A DNA stretch of 64,000 bases from a virus (IMGVR_UViG_3300007622_000004:1462-65461); one strand, 5' to 3'; positions 10,241 through 18,849 are shown, counted from the stretch's first letter. The notes: generated by a model not told the origin, from the sequence alone. Made by a program: numbers and translations.

Positions 10241-10654
10241 ATGAATTTTATTAATATTCCGGTTGACAATGCTAAAGAGATGATTCGGCAGCATTCATTC
10301 TTGAGAGATAAGAGCGACCAAATGTCAAAAGCTGCTTTCACACAAATGAAAGAGTCACTTGAGGCTGTTGCTTATCATCAAAGCCAAATTGATCTTTTGA
10401 GCAAAGCTGTTAAAGATGTAACCTTTATGACTTCCAAGCAAGTAACAAGTCTTGGTGGCGGTACACTTACTCCAGCAGCATCTGCCCCAACAGAAGCCGC
10501 TTTGAATCCAACGCCAGAAACTAATTTTGGCCCAGGAGATCCTAAGAAAGTAAAGAAAGCAAATTTGATTGAAATGCTAAAAGCTTACGAAAGCGACAAC
10601 GGCGAGTTTGATATCAATCCAGAAGTTATTGCCAGTTTCTTAATGGCTGAATAA
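10241..10654 (+). CDS. Hypothetical protein
   Basis: 137 aa, AAGGAG RBS. Confidence 0.75.
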   Translation: MNFINIPVDNAKEMIRQHSFLRDKSDQMSKAAFTQMKESLEAVAYHQSQIDLLSKAVKDVTFMTSKQVTSLGGGTLTPAASAPTEAALNPTPETNFGPGDPKKVKKANLIEMLKAYESDNGEFDINPEVIASFLMAE

Positions 10655-10899
10655 TGGAATCATCTATAGTTGTAGCCATTATTGGCTTGGTCGGGGCTGT
10701 TATTGTTGCATTAGTTCAAAAAGGCAGAAAAGAAAATAAAACAGATCATAACATAGTTGCACAACTTTTAGAAGTAGTACATCACGATATATCTAAAGTA
10801 GAAGATAAATTAGATCATGTAGAAGTTATATTAGATAATCATATTACAGAACATAAAGTAAATAAAATTACAAAATCAAAAGAACCAGTTAAAAAATAA
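10654..10899 (+). CDS. Small membrane protein (N-terminal TM plus coiled coil)
   Basis: IVVAIIGLVGAVIVALV TM; TAATG coupling. Confidence 0.7.
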   Translation: MESSIVVAIIGLVGAVIVALVQKGRKENKTDHNIVAQLLEVVHHDISKVEDKLDHVEVILDNHITEHKVNKITKSKEPVKK

Positions 10900-10905
10900 T
10901 TTTTT

Positions 10906-10975
10906 AATATAGCCAACCCTGGCTTTGTTTATTTCGCAAGATTAAACTTTGTTTGGGGTTGGCTATATTTTTTAT
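10906..10975 (+). terminator. Long hairpin / intrinsic terminator
   Basis: 14-bp stem AATATAGCCAACCC/GGGTTGGCTATATT with inner GTTTA/TAAAC stem, followed by T tract. Confidence 0.6.
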
Positions 10976-11037
10976 AAAAAGGCCTCATCTCACTTTAAAA
11001 TGTGATAAAGTGTTTTTAAACAGAAAGAGAGATTCAT

Positions 11038-11523
11038 ATGAGTAATGCCCAAAATAATCAGCCATCTGAAAACAGTGATTTTCTAATTAACGAAATGGAA
11101 TTAGAAAAGATTTACACCAAATTGATGGCTACTTTAAAAAAACCGCTTGAATCAACAGCGGAAAGAACAGCCAGCGCTGTTATTCACGGATACTATAAAG
11201 GCTGGAGTCTGCCTAAAACTGCAAAGTATTACAATCTAGAAGACCAAGCCGCAGCAGCCTATTGGAAAAATTTTAATTTTAAATTAAAGGAAGGAGGGCA
11301 AATTATGAGCAGAACAAAAGTCAAACAAAATAACATTGTAAATTATTTAGAAAAAAATGTAGGACAGATTGTTACTCCAACAAAAGTTTCAACTGATGTC
11401 AGTATCTCTCTTCCAACTTTTTATAATTTTTACAACGCTAACAGACAATTCTTTAAAAAAGTTAAGCGTGGTCAATTTGAAATTGTGAATCCAAAAGAAC
11501 AAAGAGAATCAGAATTAAACTAA
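11038..11523 (+). CDS. Putative DNA-binding protein (C-terminal winged-helix-like), with internal in-frame start at 11305
   Basis: NIVNYLEKNVGQIVTPTKVSTDVSISLPTFYNF; internal GGAGG RBS. Confidence 0.6.
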   Translation: MSNAQNNQPSENSDFLINEMELEKIYTKLMATLKKPLESTAERTASAVIHGYYKGWSLPKTAKYYNLEDQAAAAYWKNFNFKLKEGGQIMSRTKVKQNNIVNYLEKNVGQIVTPTKVSTDVSISLPTFYNFYNANRQFFKKVKRGQFEIVNPKEQRESELN

Positions 11524-11556
11524 TTAAATAAGCAGCCATTTTTGAAGGAGAAAATA

Positions 11557-12093
11557 ATGACTATAGTAAAACAACCAATTAATGATAATGATGTAATAAC
11601 TTGGGAAATGGCTGCTTATGATTCAACAGAAGAGTTGTATTCCGATATTAACGCTTTAGTTGAATACTCAATTAAGAATTTACGAGAAACTATTGATTCT
11701 TATATAGATTCAAAAGAGTACCTAGATTCAGACGGGGTAATGACTCAAGATCATAAAAACCGTTGGGTTTTGTTGTCTAGTAATGCTATTCGTATTGCAA
11801 AAGAATTTGATGCAACATATCTATTAACTAGTTCTGAAATTTTAAACACCGTTATAAGAAAGCAAAGAGATTACGGTCATAAAAATATTTCTAAATTTGG
11901 TATTACCGGATTGGTTATTAGGGTTCATGACAAAGTTGCTCGTGTTGAAAATTTAATGAAAAAAGATAATCACATAAATGCGGTCATTGATGAAACAATG
12001 CTGGACACATTAATGGATATTATTGGATATTCAATTATTGCTTACATGTGGTTGAATAATACTTTCATGTATGATTTAGGAGAGAAGAAATGA
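11557..12093 (+). CDS. Nucleotide modification-associated domain 1 (DUF1599-like, MazG-like fold)
   Basis: RKQRDYGHKN..IRVHDKVARVENL..DTLMDIIGYS; AAGGAG RBS before ATG 11557. Confidence 0.7.
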   Translation: MTIVKQPINDNDVITWEMAAYDSTEELYSDINALVEYSIKNLRETIDSYIDSKEYLDSDGVMTQDHKNRWVLLSSNAIRIAKEFDATYLLTSSEILNTVIRKQRDYGHKNISKFGITGLVIRVHDKVARVENLMKKDNHINAVIDETMLDTLMDIIGYSIIAYMWLNNTFMYDLGEKK

Positions 12094-12479
12094 AAAAACC
12101 ACTACACAAACATTTGTTGCTCAGAGGAATGATTACGGATGCCCCAACTTCTGAACAAGTAGTTATTGACTGGCTTCGTGATTTTGTTGACAGAATAGGA
12201 ATGAAAGTAGTCCAGGGGCCATTTGCTTCTATGATCACAGAAGAAGGCAATCGGGGCCTTACAGCTTCTGTGATGATTGAAACATCACATATTGCTTTTC
12301 ACATTTGGGATGAAATGGAACCAAGTTTAATTCAGTTTGACTTGTACACATGTTCTGAACTTAATGTAAATTATGTTCTTGACACCATTGGTTCATTTTT
12401 TAAATTTACAGAATATCAATACATGGTTCTTGATAGAGAAAATGGGTTTAAAGTAATCCAGGGAGTTTACTCAGAGTAA
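12090..12479 (+). CDS. speD: Pyruvoyl-dependent decarboxylase proenzyme, AdoMetDC (SpeD) family
   Basis: GLTASVMIETSHIAFHIWDE..QFDLYTCS aligns with class 1B AdoMetDC GxSxxxxLAESHxxxHTWPE..DxxTC. Confidence 0.78.
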   Translation: MKKPLHKHLLLRGMITDAPTSEQVVIDWLRDFVDRIGMKVVQGPFASMITEEGNRGLTASVMIETSHIAFHIWDEMEPSLIQFDLYTCSELNVNYVLDTIGSFFKFTEYQYMVLDRENGFKVIQGVYSE

Positions 12480-12994
12480 TGCCAGTGCAAAAAAACAAAA
12501 AGAAACATATGGAAGCTTGGATGCTCAGATATGTTATTTTAATAAAGAAGATGCTGCATTTGTCAGACTGGACAATTATAATGCAGAATGAACCGTGCTC
12601 TTCTGACTGCCTTGCAGAAACAGATGTGATTACCGGTCAACATCTTGCCAAAATGTATTTGAGTAAAGCTTATACAAAAGATACCCCAGAAAATCTTCGG
12701 GCAACAATTATTCACGAACTACTTCATTGCCATCTATCACCAATCTCTGAATTGTCAGAAGAAATATTAAAACCTCTTGCTGATGAACTTGGCGGTAGTA
12801 GAGTCATTAAATCAGCTATTAACGGTATTGAGTATGAAACAGAAAGAAGTATTGATGCTATCTCTGAAGCCATAGCCCCATATTTCCCATTGCCAAATAT
12901 GCCTAAAAAGAAAAAAGCTAGAAAGAAAAAAGCTGTTAAAAGAAAAGCTGTTAAAAGAAAAGTTGTCAAGAAGAAAGTTATTAAAAAGAAATGA
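12479..12994 (+). CDS. HEXXH metallopeptidase-like protein with Lys-rich histone-like tail
   Basis: TIIHELLHCHL; C-term KKKKARKKKAVKRKAVKRKVVKKKVIKKK. Confidence 0.65.
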   Translation: MPVQKNKKKHMEAWMLRYVILIKKMLHLSDWTIIMQNEPCSSDCLAETDVITGQHLAKMYLSKAYTKDTPENLRATIIHELLHCHLSPISELSEEILKPLADELGGSRVIKSAINGIEYETERSIDAISEAIAPYFPLPNMPKKKKARKKKAVKRKAVKRKVVKKKVIKKK

Positions 12995-13080
12995 CAATCA
13001 GCCCAATTCTTTTCCAGATGATTGCTGATCAAAGCAAATTGTATTCTTATAAACCCTATTACGATTTTAAAAGGAGAACT

Positions 13081-13161
13081 ATGTCAAAACAAGATAAAAT
13101 TACACACGCAGTGTATTTTGCTTTGCATGCAATTACAATTGCTTTGCTAATTGCAAAATGA
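13081..13161 (+). CDS. Tiny hydrophobic peptide (26 aa; may start at 12991)
   Basis: AGGAG RBS; MSKQDKITHAVYFALHAITIALLIAK; ATGA overlap with next gene. Confidence 0.4.
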   Translation: MSKQDKITHAVYFALHAITIALLIAK

Positions 13162-13718
13162 AAACTATTGTTCAAGATATAATTCCGCTTCGGCAACAAA
13201 TTGAATTATTAACGTATGTTCGGGATAGTAAGTTTGCTTACCGGTTTTATAATACACATATTTTTACAGAAGACGAAGACCCTCGTTTCAAACATGCTCC
13301 TCAGCAATTGTCGCACCATTTGTTTATGGAAGGTGAAGAAAATGTTTCATCTCATCTTGGGATTATGCGACCATTCTTTGATGCGTTAAAAGAACGGTTC
13401 GGGGAAATAAAACTATTAAGAGCTAAAGTCAATATGACTTTTCCTTACCCACCTATGGTTAATTATGAACCCCAGGTGCCGCACCTTGATCTGCAATACG
13501 ACAATGGAGAGCCTGTAGACCACAAGGTGCTTTTATATTACATAAATGACTCAGATGGCCCAACATACTTCTTTAACGAATTATACGAGGTTACAGATAG
13601 CGTACAGCCAAAGCAGGGTGTGGGTATCATCTTTGATGGTGATGAAATGCATGCAGCATCAAATCCGGTGTTCAATCCTTTTAGGCTTGTGCTAAATGTC
13701 AACTTCCAAATTGTATAG
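13158..13718 (+). CDS. 2OG-Fe(II) oxygenase
   Basis: PHLD (HxD), LYYINDSDGPTYFF, FDGDEMH..S..R facial triad pattern. Confidence 0.82.
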   Translation: MKTIVQDIIPLRQQIELLTYVRDSKFAYRFYNTHIFTEDEDPRFKHAPQQLSHHLFMEGEENVSSHLGIMRPFFDALKERFGEIKLLRAKVNMTFPYPPMVNYEPQVPHLDLQYDNGEPVDHKVLLYYINDSDGPTYFFNELYEVTDSVQPKQGVGIIFDGDEMHAASNPVFNPFRLVLNVNFQIV

Positions 13719-13737
13719 TCAATGATATAATTTTTAT

Positions 13738-14415
13738 ATGCCGGAGCTAAATGCGTCTATTCCACCTATTGAGTGTTTTGTTCGTGGAAATTTTTTAAGA
13801 AACCAAATTGATAGCCATGAGCTGAAGTTTCCTTGTGTGGTCTTTGGGGTTGCTTCTATTCCTGATAGGGCTCCGGTGTTTCATTTTTTGATGGAAGATG
13901 GCGGGGTTTGGTGGAGAGCACCCATTAATGCTTTTTGTAGCTCAGAGGATTCCCCAGAAGTTGATTTGCATGATCTGGTGTTGTGGAACAGTTTTTCATC
14001 ACATATAGCAGTTACGGTGTTTGAACATATGCGGGGTATGTCTATGACATACATTGACCGGCATAAACAAAAAGTGGATGGAAAATATATGTTCACCCTT
14101 GATTGGCATTCCCCAGATATCAATGTAATCAACGCAAACTATTCGGTTAACCCAGGGCAACACAAATGCGGTCATGTTATTGAACGCAAAGATGGCAACT
14201 ATGCTATTCAGCCAAACAACAGGGTTAAGTTGTGGGACCCGTCATACACAACCAAAAAAGGCCAAAAGCTTATTGATAGGTTAATTAACGAAAAAATTTG
14301 GGATGTGGAAGACGGAGACAAGTGGATCACCTCAGATGATGACAAATATGATTATGATGTGGTGGCGCAAAAAGTTTCTACTAACAACGACTCTCAGGAC
14401 TTTCAGGACTTTTAA
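13738..14415 (+). CDS. Conserved phage hypothetical protein, leaderless
   Basis: MPELNASIPPIECFVR..LWNSFS..FTLDW..QPNNRV; TGaTATAAT-N6-ATG. Confidence 0.75.
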   Translation: MPELNASIPPIECFVRGNFLRNQIDSHELKFPCVVFGVASIPDRAPVFHFLMEDGGVWWRAPINAFCSSEDSPEVDLHDLVLWNSFSSHIAVTVFEHMRGMSMTYIDRHKQKVDGKYMFTLDWHSPDINVINANYSVNPGQHKCGHVIERKDGNYAIQPNNRVKLWDPSYTTKKGQKLIDRLINEKIWDVEDGDKWITSDDDKYDYDVVAQKVSTNNDSQDFQDF

Positions 14416-14418
14416 GAC

Positions 14419-14447
14419 TTGATTGGTGGCTTGACCGGCTATATAAT
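14419..14447 (+). promoter_or_regulatory. Canonical sigma70-type promoter, leaderless
   Basis: TTGATT-N17-TATAAT then 6 nt to ATG 14454. Confidence 0.7.
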
Positions 14448-14453
14448 AGATTT

Positions 14454-14636
14454 ATGCCCAATTACGAATATGTTTGCAAAAAATGTGATTATTTGTTAAA
14501 CGAAATCCGTTCCATCAAAGAAGACCACAAACCAACCCCATGCCCAACTTGCGGGAAAGAATTAACGCAAGCCTACACTCCACCAATGATCAGCCTCAAA
14601 GGACCCGGCTTTTACAAAAATAGTCGCACCAAATAA
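14454..14636 (+). CDS. FmdB-family zinc-ribbon protein
   Basis: MPNYEYVCKKC..CPTCG..LKGPGFYKN. Confidence 0.85.
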   Translation: MPNYEYVCKKCDYLLNEIRSIKEDHKPTPCPTCGKELTQAYTPPMISLKGPGFYKNSRTK

Positions 14637-15113
14637 CCCCACAAGCCTCCAGGCTAATTTAAAAACAAGAAACGGGTACAACCAGCACACCCCCACTATA
14701 AAATGCACCACGCCACCCTACAACAAGTCTGACAAGACTACTACCCCTGGAAGACAACCTTTAAACCCCGCAAAAAAATAAAAATATTTTTCTTTACCCA
14801 ATCCATAGATAATTACTATTAACAAAAAACAACAACAACTATACTTAATACACGGCAGCGAATTTCGCTATCTTAGGACCGTTATAGGTAGAGATTGCAT
14901 CTGAGCAAACTCAGGTGCAATTTCTATATATAGCCCAAAACCAAATAACCCCAAAAATTGAGTATGCATTAAATTATAGCTACACGCATTTTTTTTGTAT
15001 ACCGAAATACCTCTGTCCACCATGGTCAATCCAACCTAATAAAGATTGGAGTGCAAGAATAAGACTATTTAATTCTTGTACACCAATTTGTTGGGGATTG
15101 ATGTGATCTGTGC

Positions 15114-15145
15114 TTGAGTATACATTCTACTCGCCCCCATATAGT
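15114..15145 (+). promoter_or_regulatory. Cassette 1 promoter
   Basis: TTGAGT-N20-TATAGT. Confidence 0.7.
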
Positions 15146-15189
15146 TATAAGTGTAAGGCAATCACGCTTTACCCAAGCAGGAGGCAAAT

Positions 15190-15384
15190 ATGAATAGAGT
15201 TCGGATAATGTTCACAACTATTGACTATGACTTAGTGAATGACCACACTGAGGCACTGATGAGTGCAGGGCGTAAGATAATTGAACTTGAGGAAGCCCTT
15301 ACTGAACACAAGGCGAGATTAGCACAAGGTTTGGCTTCTCGTTCTCAGTATCTCAATGGTGTTATGGAGAACCTTAAGAAGTAA
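15190..15384 (+). CDS. Cassette 1 small coiled-coil protein
   Basis: 64 aa, GGAGG RBS. Confidence 0.8.
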   Translation: MNRVRIMFTTIDYDLVNDHTEALMSAGRKIIELEEALTEHKARLAQGLASRSQYLNGVMENLKK

Positions 15385-15391
15385 TACCAGT

Positions 15392-15423
15392 CCCCCAAGC
15401 CTTCGGGCTTGGGGGATTTCTTT
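15392..15423 (+). terminator. Intrinsic terminator type A
   Basis: CCCCCAAGCC-TTCG-GGCTTGGGGG plus T tract. Confidence 0.85.
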
Positions 15424-15564
15424 ATGCCCCTGAACACTACCCGTTGTGTAGATCCATAGTTGCTGTGTTGAGTGTGTGTGTGCTTTACAAAACACGGTGG
15501 TGTGCGAGAATGCAAATAACAAATTCTTGTGCACCAATGACATGGCTTACATAGTGTTGTGTTG

Positions 15565-15596
15565 TTGAGTATATATTCTATCTCTTATCGTATAGT
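15565..15596 (+). promoter_or_regulatory. Cassette 2 promoter
   Basis: TTGAGT-N20-TATAGT. Confidence 0.7.
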
Positions 15597-15636
15597 AATA
15601 ACTGTAAGCAAACAACAACAACAAAGGAGAACAGTG

Positions 15637-15909
15637 ATGTTCGGATACCGAAAGATAAAGTGGGATAGACCCAACAAGAACACTTGGGTCAGCCCTGACG
15701 GGCTATATGTGATAGATAGACAAGACGCTATCAACTACATAGCCCAAAAGAAAGTGTTCAACACCGAAGTTGGGTGCTTAATATATGATGACCACATTGT
15801 AGCAACACGGTTAAATGGTGCTAAGAAGTGGTGTGATGAATTGTGCGAGAAAGATTACCTACACAATTTACAAGTCCATATCAACCAAACAAGCCGATAC
15901 GGTTCTTAA
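15637..15909 (+). CDS. Cassette 2 hypothetical protein
   Basis: MFGYRKIKW..., AAGGAG RBS. Confidence 0.8.
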   Translation: MFGYRKIKWDRPNKNTWVSPDGLYVIDRQDAINYIAQKKVFNTEVGCLIYDDHIVATRLNGAKKWCDELCEKDYLHNLQVHINQTSRYGS

Positions 15910-15923
15910 AGAAAGGAGAAACA

Positions 15924-16031
15924 ATGGAAATAATTATCTATGACCTGCCATTAGTGGTAGGGCTGATTGGACTTGCTCTAATCGGTATTAAGTTCGCTCA
16001 CGAAATTGGGCGAAGAAAGCAAGGAGAATAA
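15924..16031 (+). CDS. Cassette 2 second gene, 35-aa single-TM peptide
   Basis: MEIIIYDLPLVVGLIGLALIGIKFAHEIGRRKQGE, AAGGAG RBS. Confidence 0.7.
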   Translation: MEIIIYDLPLVVGLIGLALIGIKFAHEIGRRKQGE

Positions 16032-16034
16032 ATT

Positions 16035-16075
16035 AAACCCGAGCACTCACCCTCTGAGTGCTCGGGTTTTTTTTT
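16035..16075 (+). terminator. Intrinsic terminator type B
   Basis: CCCGAGCACTC-N7-GAGTGCTCGGG plus T tract. Confidence 0.85.
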
Positions 16076-16213
16076 GCCCGAACACCATGCTCTATGTAGC
16101 TGGGTAGAACCTATGTTTAGTATATACCTAGTCTCTCAACTTATGTCGGTGTACGAGAGTGCAATTAGCAAACTATTGTGCACCAGCGATAAGGGGTACA
16201 TGATGATTTGTTA

Positions 16214-16245
16214 TTGAGTACATATGCTCTCTCAATCCGTATAGT
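16214..16245 (+). promoter_or_regulatory. Cassette 3 promoter
   Basis: TTGAGT-N20-TATAGT. Confidence 0.7.
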
Positions 16246-16277
16246 GATAAGTGTGAGGCAACAAAGAAAGAGGCAAT

Positions 16278-16454
16278 ATGGAATATCCACGAAAGATGAC
16301 GCTGATTGAAAAATTCAGCGAGTTAGATAAAGTTCAATCCCAAGTTGTTAAAGGTATGATCACAATAAGGGAAGCACTTAATCAGAGAATAAGAATAATG
16401 ACCGAGTGCCAAGAGATACTCCGAGAGATGATAAAGTACGACCTAGGCGAATAA
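16278..16454 (+). CDS. Cassette 3 small helical protein (58 aa)
   Basis: Hand translation MEYPRKMTLIEKFSELDKVQ...MIKYDLGE; GAGG RBS; below ORF-track cutoff. Confidence 0.75.
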   Translation: MEYPRKMTLIEKFSELDKVQSQVVKGMITIREALNQRIRIMTECQEILREMIKYDLGE

Positions 16455-16483
16455 GTAATACCACAACAACCACACCTCACAGT

Positions 16484-16515
16484 CCCCCAAGCCTTCGGGC
16501 TTGGGGGATTTCTTT
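16484..16515 (+). terminator. Intrinsic terminator type A
   Basis: Identical to 15392 hairpin. Confidence 0.85.
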
Positions 16516-16655
16516 ATGCCCTGAACTCCCAACACTATGTAAGCAGGCAGACACTATGTTGAGTATGTGTGCGTTTTACAAATTATGTCGGTGTACGAGA
16601 GTGCAATTAGCAAACTATTGTGCACCAGCAATAAGGGATATATGATGATTTGTTA

Positions 16656-16687
16656 TTGAGTGTATATTCTCTCTCTCGTTGTATAGT
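16656..16687 (+). promoter_or_regulatory. Cassette 4 promoter
   Basis: TTGAGT-N20-TATAGT. Confidence 0.7.
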
Positions 16688-16716
16688 TATAAGTGTAAGG
16701 CAAGCAGGAATAAAAT

Positions 16717-16833
16717 ATGCCAACCGACAGCCGGCAAGTAGTCTCCTTAGGACAAGTAGCCGTAGGCAATCGGAATAATGTGTGCTGGATATCACGCACT
16801 GACGATGATATCGCCTGCTTGCTTTACACTTAA
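16717..16833 (+). CDS. Cassette 4 possible 38-aa peptide
   Basis: AGGA RBS; MPTDSRQVVSLGQVAVGNRNNVCWISRTDDDIACLLYT. Confidence 0.4.
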   Translation: MPTDSRQVVSLGQVAVGNRNNVCWISRTDDDIACLLYT

Positions 16834-16854
16834 CAACAAACGAAAGGAATAGCA

Positions 16855-16977
16855 ATGAGAACAGTTATATTAATCGTGTTTGGTTCGGTATTTCTTTATC
16901 GTCTTATTATCTCTAACCGAGAGTTTGAGCAATATGAAAGCCGAAGCAATCACCCAACAAACAGACAGCACCAATAA
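16855..16977 (+). CDS. Cassette 4 40-aa membrane peptide
   Basis: GAAAGGA RBS; MRTVILIVFGSVFLYRLIISNREFEQY... Confidence 0.65.
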   Translation: MRTVILIVFGSVFLYRLIISNREFEQYESRSNHPTNRQHQ

Positions 16978-16980
16978 ATT

Positions 16981-17019
16981 AAGCCCGAGCACTCACCCCC
17001 CGAGTGCTCGGGCTTTTTT
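16981..17019 (+). terminator. Intrinsic terminator type B
   Basis: GCCCGAGCACTC..GAGTGCTCGGGC plus T tract. Confidence 0.85.
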
Positions 17020-17161
17020 GCGTCCCAGAACTCCTGCCACTATGTAGCCATATAGTAACTATGTTTAGTACGCATGGGCTTTCTCAATTCGTGTTGGTGT
17101 GCGAGAGCGCGAATAGCAAACTATTGTGCACCAACATCAAGGCTTACATAGCGTTTCTTTC

Positions 17162-17193
17162 TTGAGTATATATTCTATCTCTCACCATATAGT
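17162..17193 (+). promoter_or_regulatory. Cassette 5 promoter
   Basis: TTGAGT-N20-TATAGT. Confidence 0.7.
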
Positions 17194-17224
17194 TAAATAT
17201 GTCGGGGTAGCCTGAGGAGGCACT

Positions 17225-17419
17225 ATGACGAAGGTAATAGATATCAAGGCACTTAGTGATACGCAGTTACAACTGCTCATTGCTGAGTTAATTACGCTTA
17301 CGGCAATTCAGGAACAAAAGATTGACGCACTGGCAAAGCGTCAAGCCAAATTCCAAAGGCTTGCTGAACTTCTCGTTGAGCAGTTCAATGCCCTTGAAGT
17401 AAAGGTTAACACTCAATAG
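17225..17419 (+). CDS. Cassette 5 small coiled-coil protein
   Basis: 64 aa, GAGGAGG RBS. Confidence 0.8.
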   Translation: MTKVIDIKALSDTQLQLLIAELITLTAIQEQKIDALAKRQAKFQRLAELLVEQFNALEVKVNTQ

Positions 17420-17467
17420 TCCACCTAGCAACGGATTACACTCCCCGATATCCAGTTGCGAAAAAGT

Positions 17468-17500
17468 CCCCCAAGCCTTCGGGCTTGGGGGATTTTTTTT
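17468..17500 (+). terminator. Intrinsic terminator type A
   Basis: Identical UUCG hairpin plus T tract. Confidence 0.85.
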
Positions 17501-17639
17501 GCCCCTGAACTCCATCCACTGTGTAGGCCGGTAGACGCTGTGTTGAGTATGTAGTTGATTTACAAATCCTGATGGTGTGCGAGAATGTGAATAACAAATT
17601 CTTGTGCACCAGCAACAAGGCTTATATGATGATTTTATA

Positions 17640-17671
17640 TTGAGCACACATTCTTTCTCAACCCGTATAGT
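17640..17671 (+). promoter_or_regulatory. Cassette 6 promoter
   Basis: TTGAGC-N20-TATAGT. Confidence 0.7.
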
Positions 17672-17712
17672 TATTAGTGTCAGGTAATAACCAAACACAA
17701 AGGAGAACAACA

Positions 17713-18009
17713 ATGAGTAAGTATCTAGCAAATGTCTCGTTTACTTCACGAGACAGTGAAGGTAATATCGGTGTGGATTACCACCACGAGGAAATAACAT
17801 TTACAGCCAAAGATGATGTTGAGGCTGTAGAGATATTGACTGAACTCGTAAACGGGGCACGAGAACACCGACCAACTGACACAATTGGCATAAACGGTTT
17901 CTATCGCTTTATGCCAGTTGTAGTTGACGAATTTGCTACAGTCAGTGAACTTGAACCACTAGATCAATTGGTTACTAGTGGTATTGCCTATGTTCGTGAC
18001 TGGGAGTAA
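17713..18009 (+). CDS. Cassette 6 acidic hypothetical protein
   Basis: MSKYLANVSF..., AAGGAG RBS. Confidence 0.8.
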   Translation: MSKYLANVSFTSRDSEGNIGVDYHHEEITFTAKDDVEAVEILTELVNGAREHRPTDTIGINGFYRFMPVVVDEFATVSELEPLDQLVTSGIAYVRDWE

Positions 18010-18021
18010 TACCCACCTATT

Positions 18022-18056
18022 AAAACCCCAAGCCTTCGGGCTTGGGGTTTTTTTTT
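18022..18056 (+). terminator. Intrinsic terminator type A variant
   Basis: AAAACCCCAAGCC-TTCG-GGCTTGGGGTTTT. Confidence 0.85.
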
Positions 18057-18196
18057 GCCCCTGAACTCGTTCCTCTGTGTAGCAAGGTAGAAGCTGTGTT
18101 GAGTGTATGTATGTTTTACAAATTATGACTGGTGTGCGAGAGCGCGAATAGTAAACTATTGTGCACCAGCAGTAAGGATAACATAGTGATCAATCT

Positions 18197-18228
18197 TTGA
18201 GTACATATTCTCTTTCAATCCGTATAGT
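18197..18228 (+). promoter_or_regulatory. Cassette 7 promoter, followed by 13-bp 5' leader hairpin
   Basis: TTGAGT-N20-TATAGT; GTGTAAGGCGCAG..CTGCGCCTTACAC. Confidence 0.7.
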
Positions 18229-18297
18229 AATAAGTGTAAGGCGCAGTTTGCGTTCTCTTTCTGCGCCTTACACCCACCACTAGCGAAAGGTAAAACA

Positions 18298-18588
18298 ATG
18301 AAGGAAGAAAATAAGTTCACAATGTTGGAACTGCAACTGCAGGAACTGCAGTTAAGTAAAAACGGGATAAAAGACCTAGAGTTGCTCACTGAAAATTGGG
18401 CAGAGCAAGCAAAGATTACCCCCGAAGAAGTTGAGGAAGAGGCCGAAGTAATGGCGTTAATCCTGAACACCGTATCAGCAATAAAGGCGAAGTACCCAAT
18501 AATTCCGATTACTGATATCTTCGTCTTTTTGCTTGACGGTTTACGAGCAAAGTATGAACGAGAAAAGAAAGAAAAAGACAAACAATAA
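18298..18588 (+). CDS. Cassette 7 helical hypothetical protein
   Basis: 96 aa, GAAAGG RBS. Confidence 0.8.
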   Translation: MKEENKFTMLELQLQELQLSKNGIKDLELLTENWAEQAKITPEEVEEEAEVMALILNTVSAIKAKYPIIPITDIFVFLLDGLRAKYEREKKEKDKQ

Positions 18589-18597
18589 TCCCCCAGT

Positions 18598-18629
18598 CCC
18601 CCAAGCCTTCGGGCTTGGGGGATTTTTTT
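18598..18629 (+). terminator. Intrinsic terminator type A
   Basis: Identical UUCG hairpin plus T tract. Confidence 0.85.
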
Positions 18630-18768
18630 GTCCCTGAACTCCTGCGCCTATGTGGGTATGTAGATCCTATGTTGAGTACATCTGTGTTTTACAAATTACG
18701 ACTGGTGTGCGAGAAAGCGATTAGCAATTTCTTGTGCACCAGCGGAACGGTACAATTAATATAATTTA

Positions 18769-18800
18769 TTGAGTATATATTCTTATTCTCACCATATAGT
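18769..18800 (+). promoter_or_regulatory. Cassette 8 promoter
   Basis: TTGAGT-N20-TATAGT. Confidence 0.7.
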
Positions 18801-18849
18801 TATTACTAGTCAAGCAATACCGCTTGACACTGAGAGAAAAGAGTTAGTA

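Noticed and set aside
12724-13032. Phe/Leu-rich minus-strand ORFs
   Set aside because: Antisense shadows of the Lys-rich tail of 12479..12994.
15319-18581. ORF-track entries spanning cassette leaders (15319-, 16406+, 16607-, 17288-, 17436-, 18156-)
   Set aside because: They cross terminators and promoters or lie antisense to better ORFs with RBSs; their mutual similarity only reflects the repeated leader.
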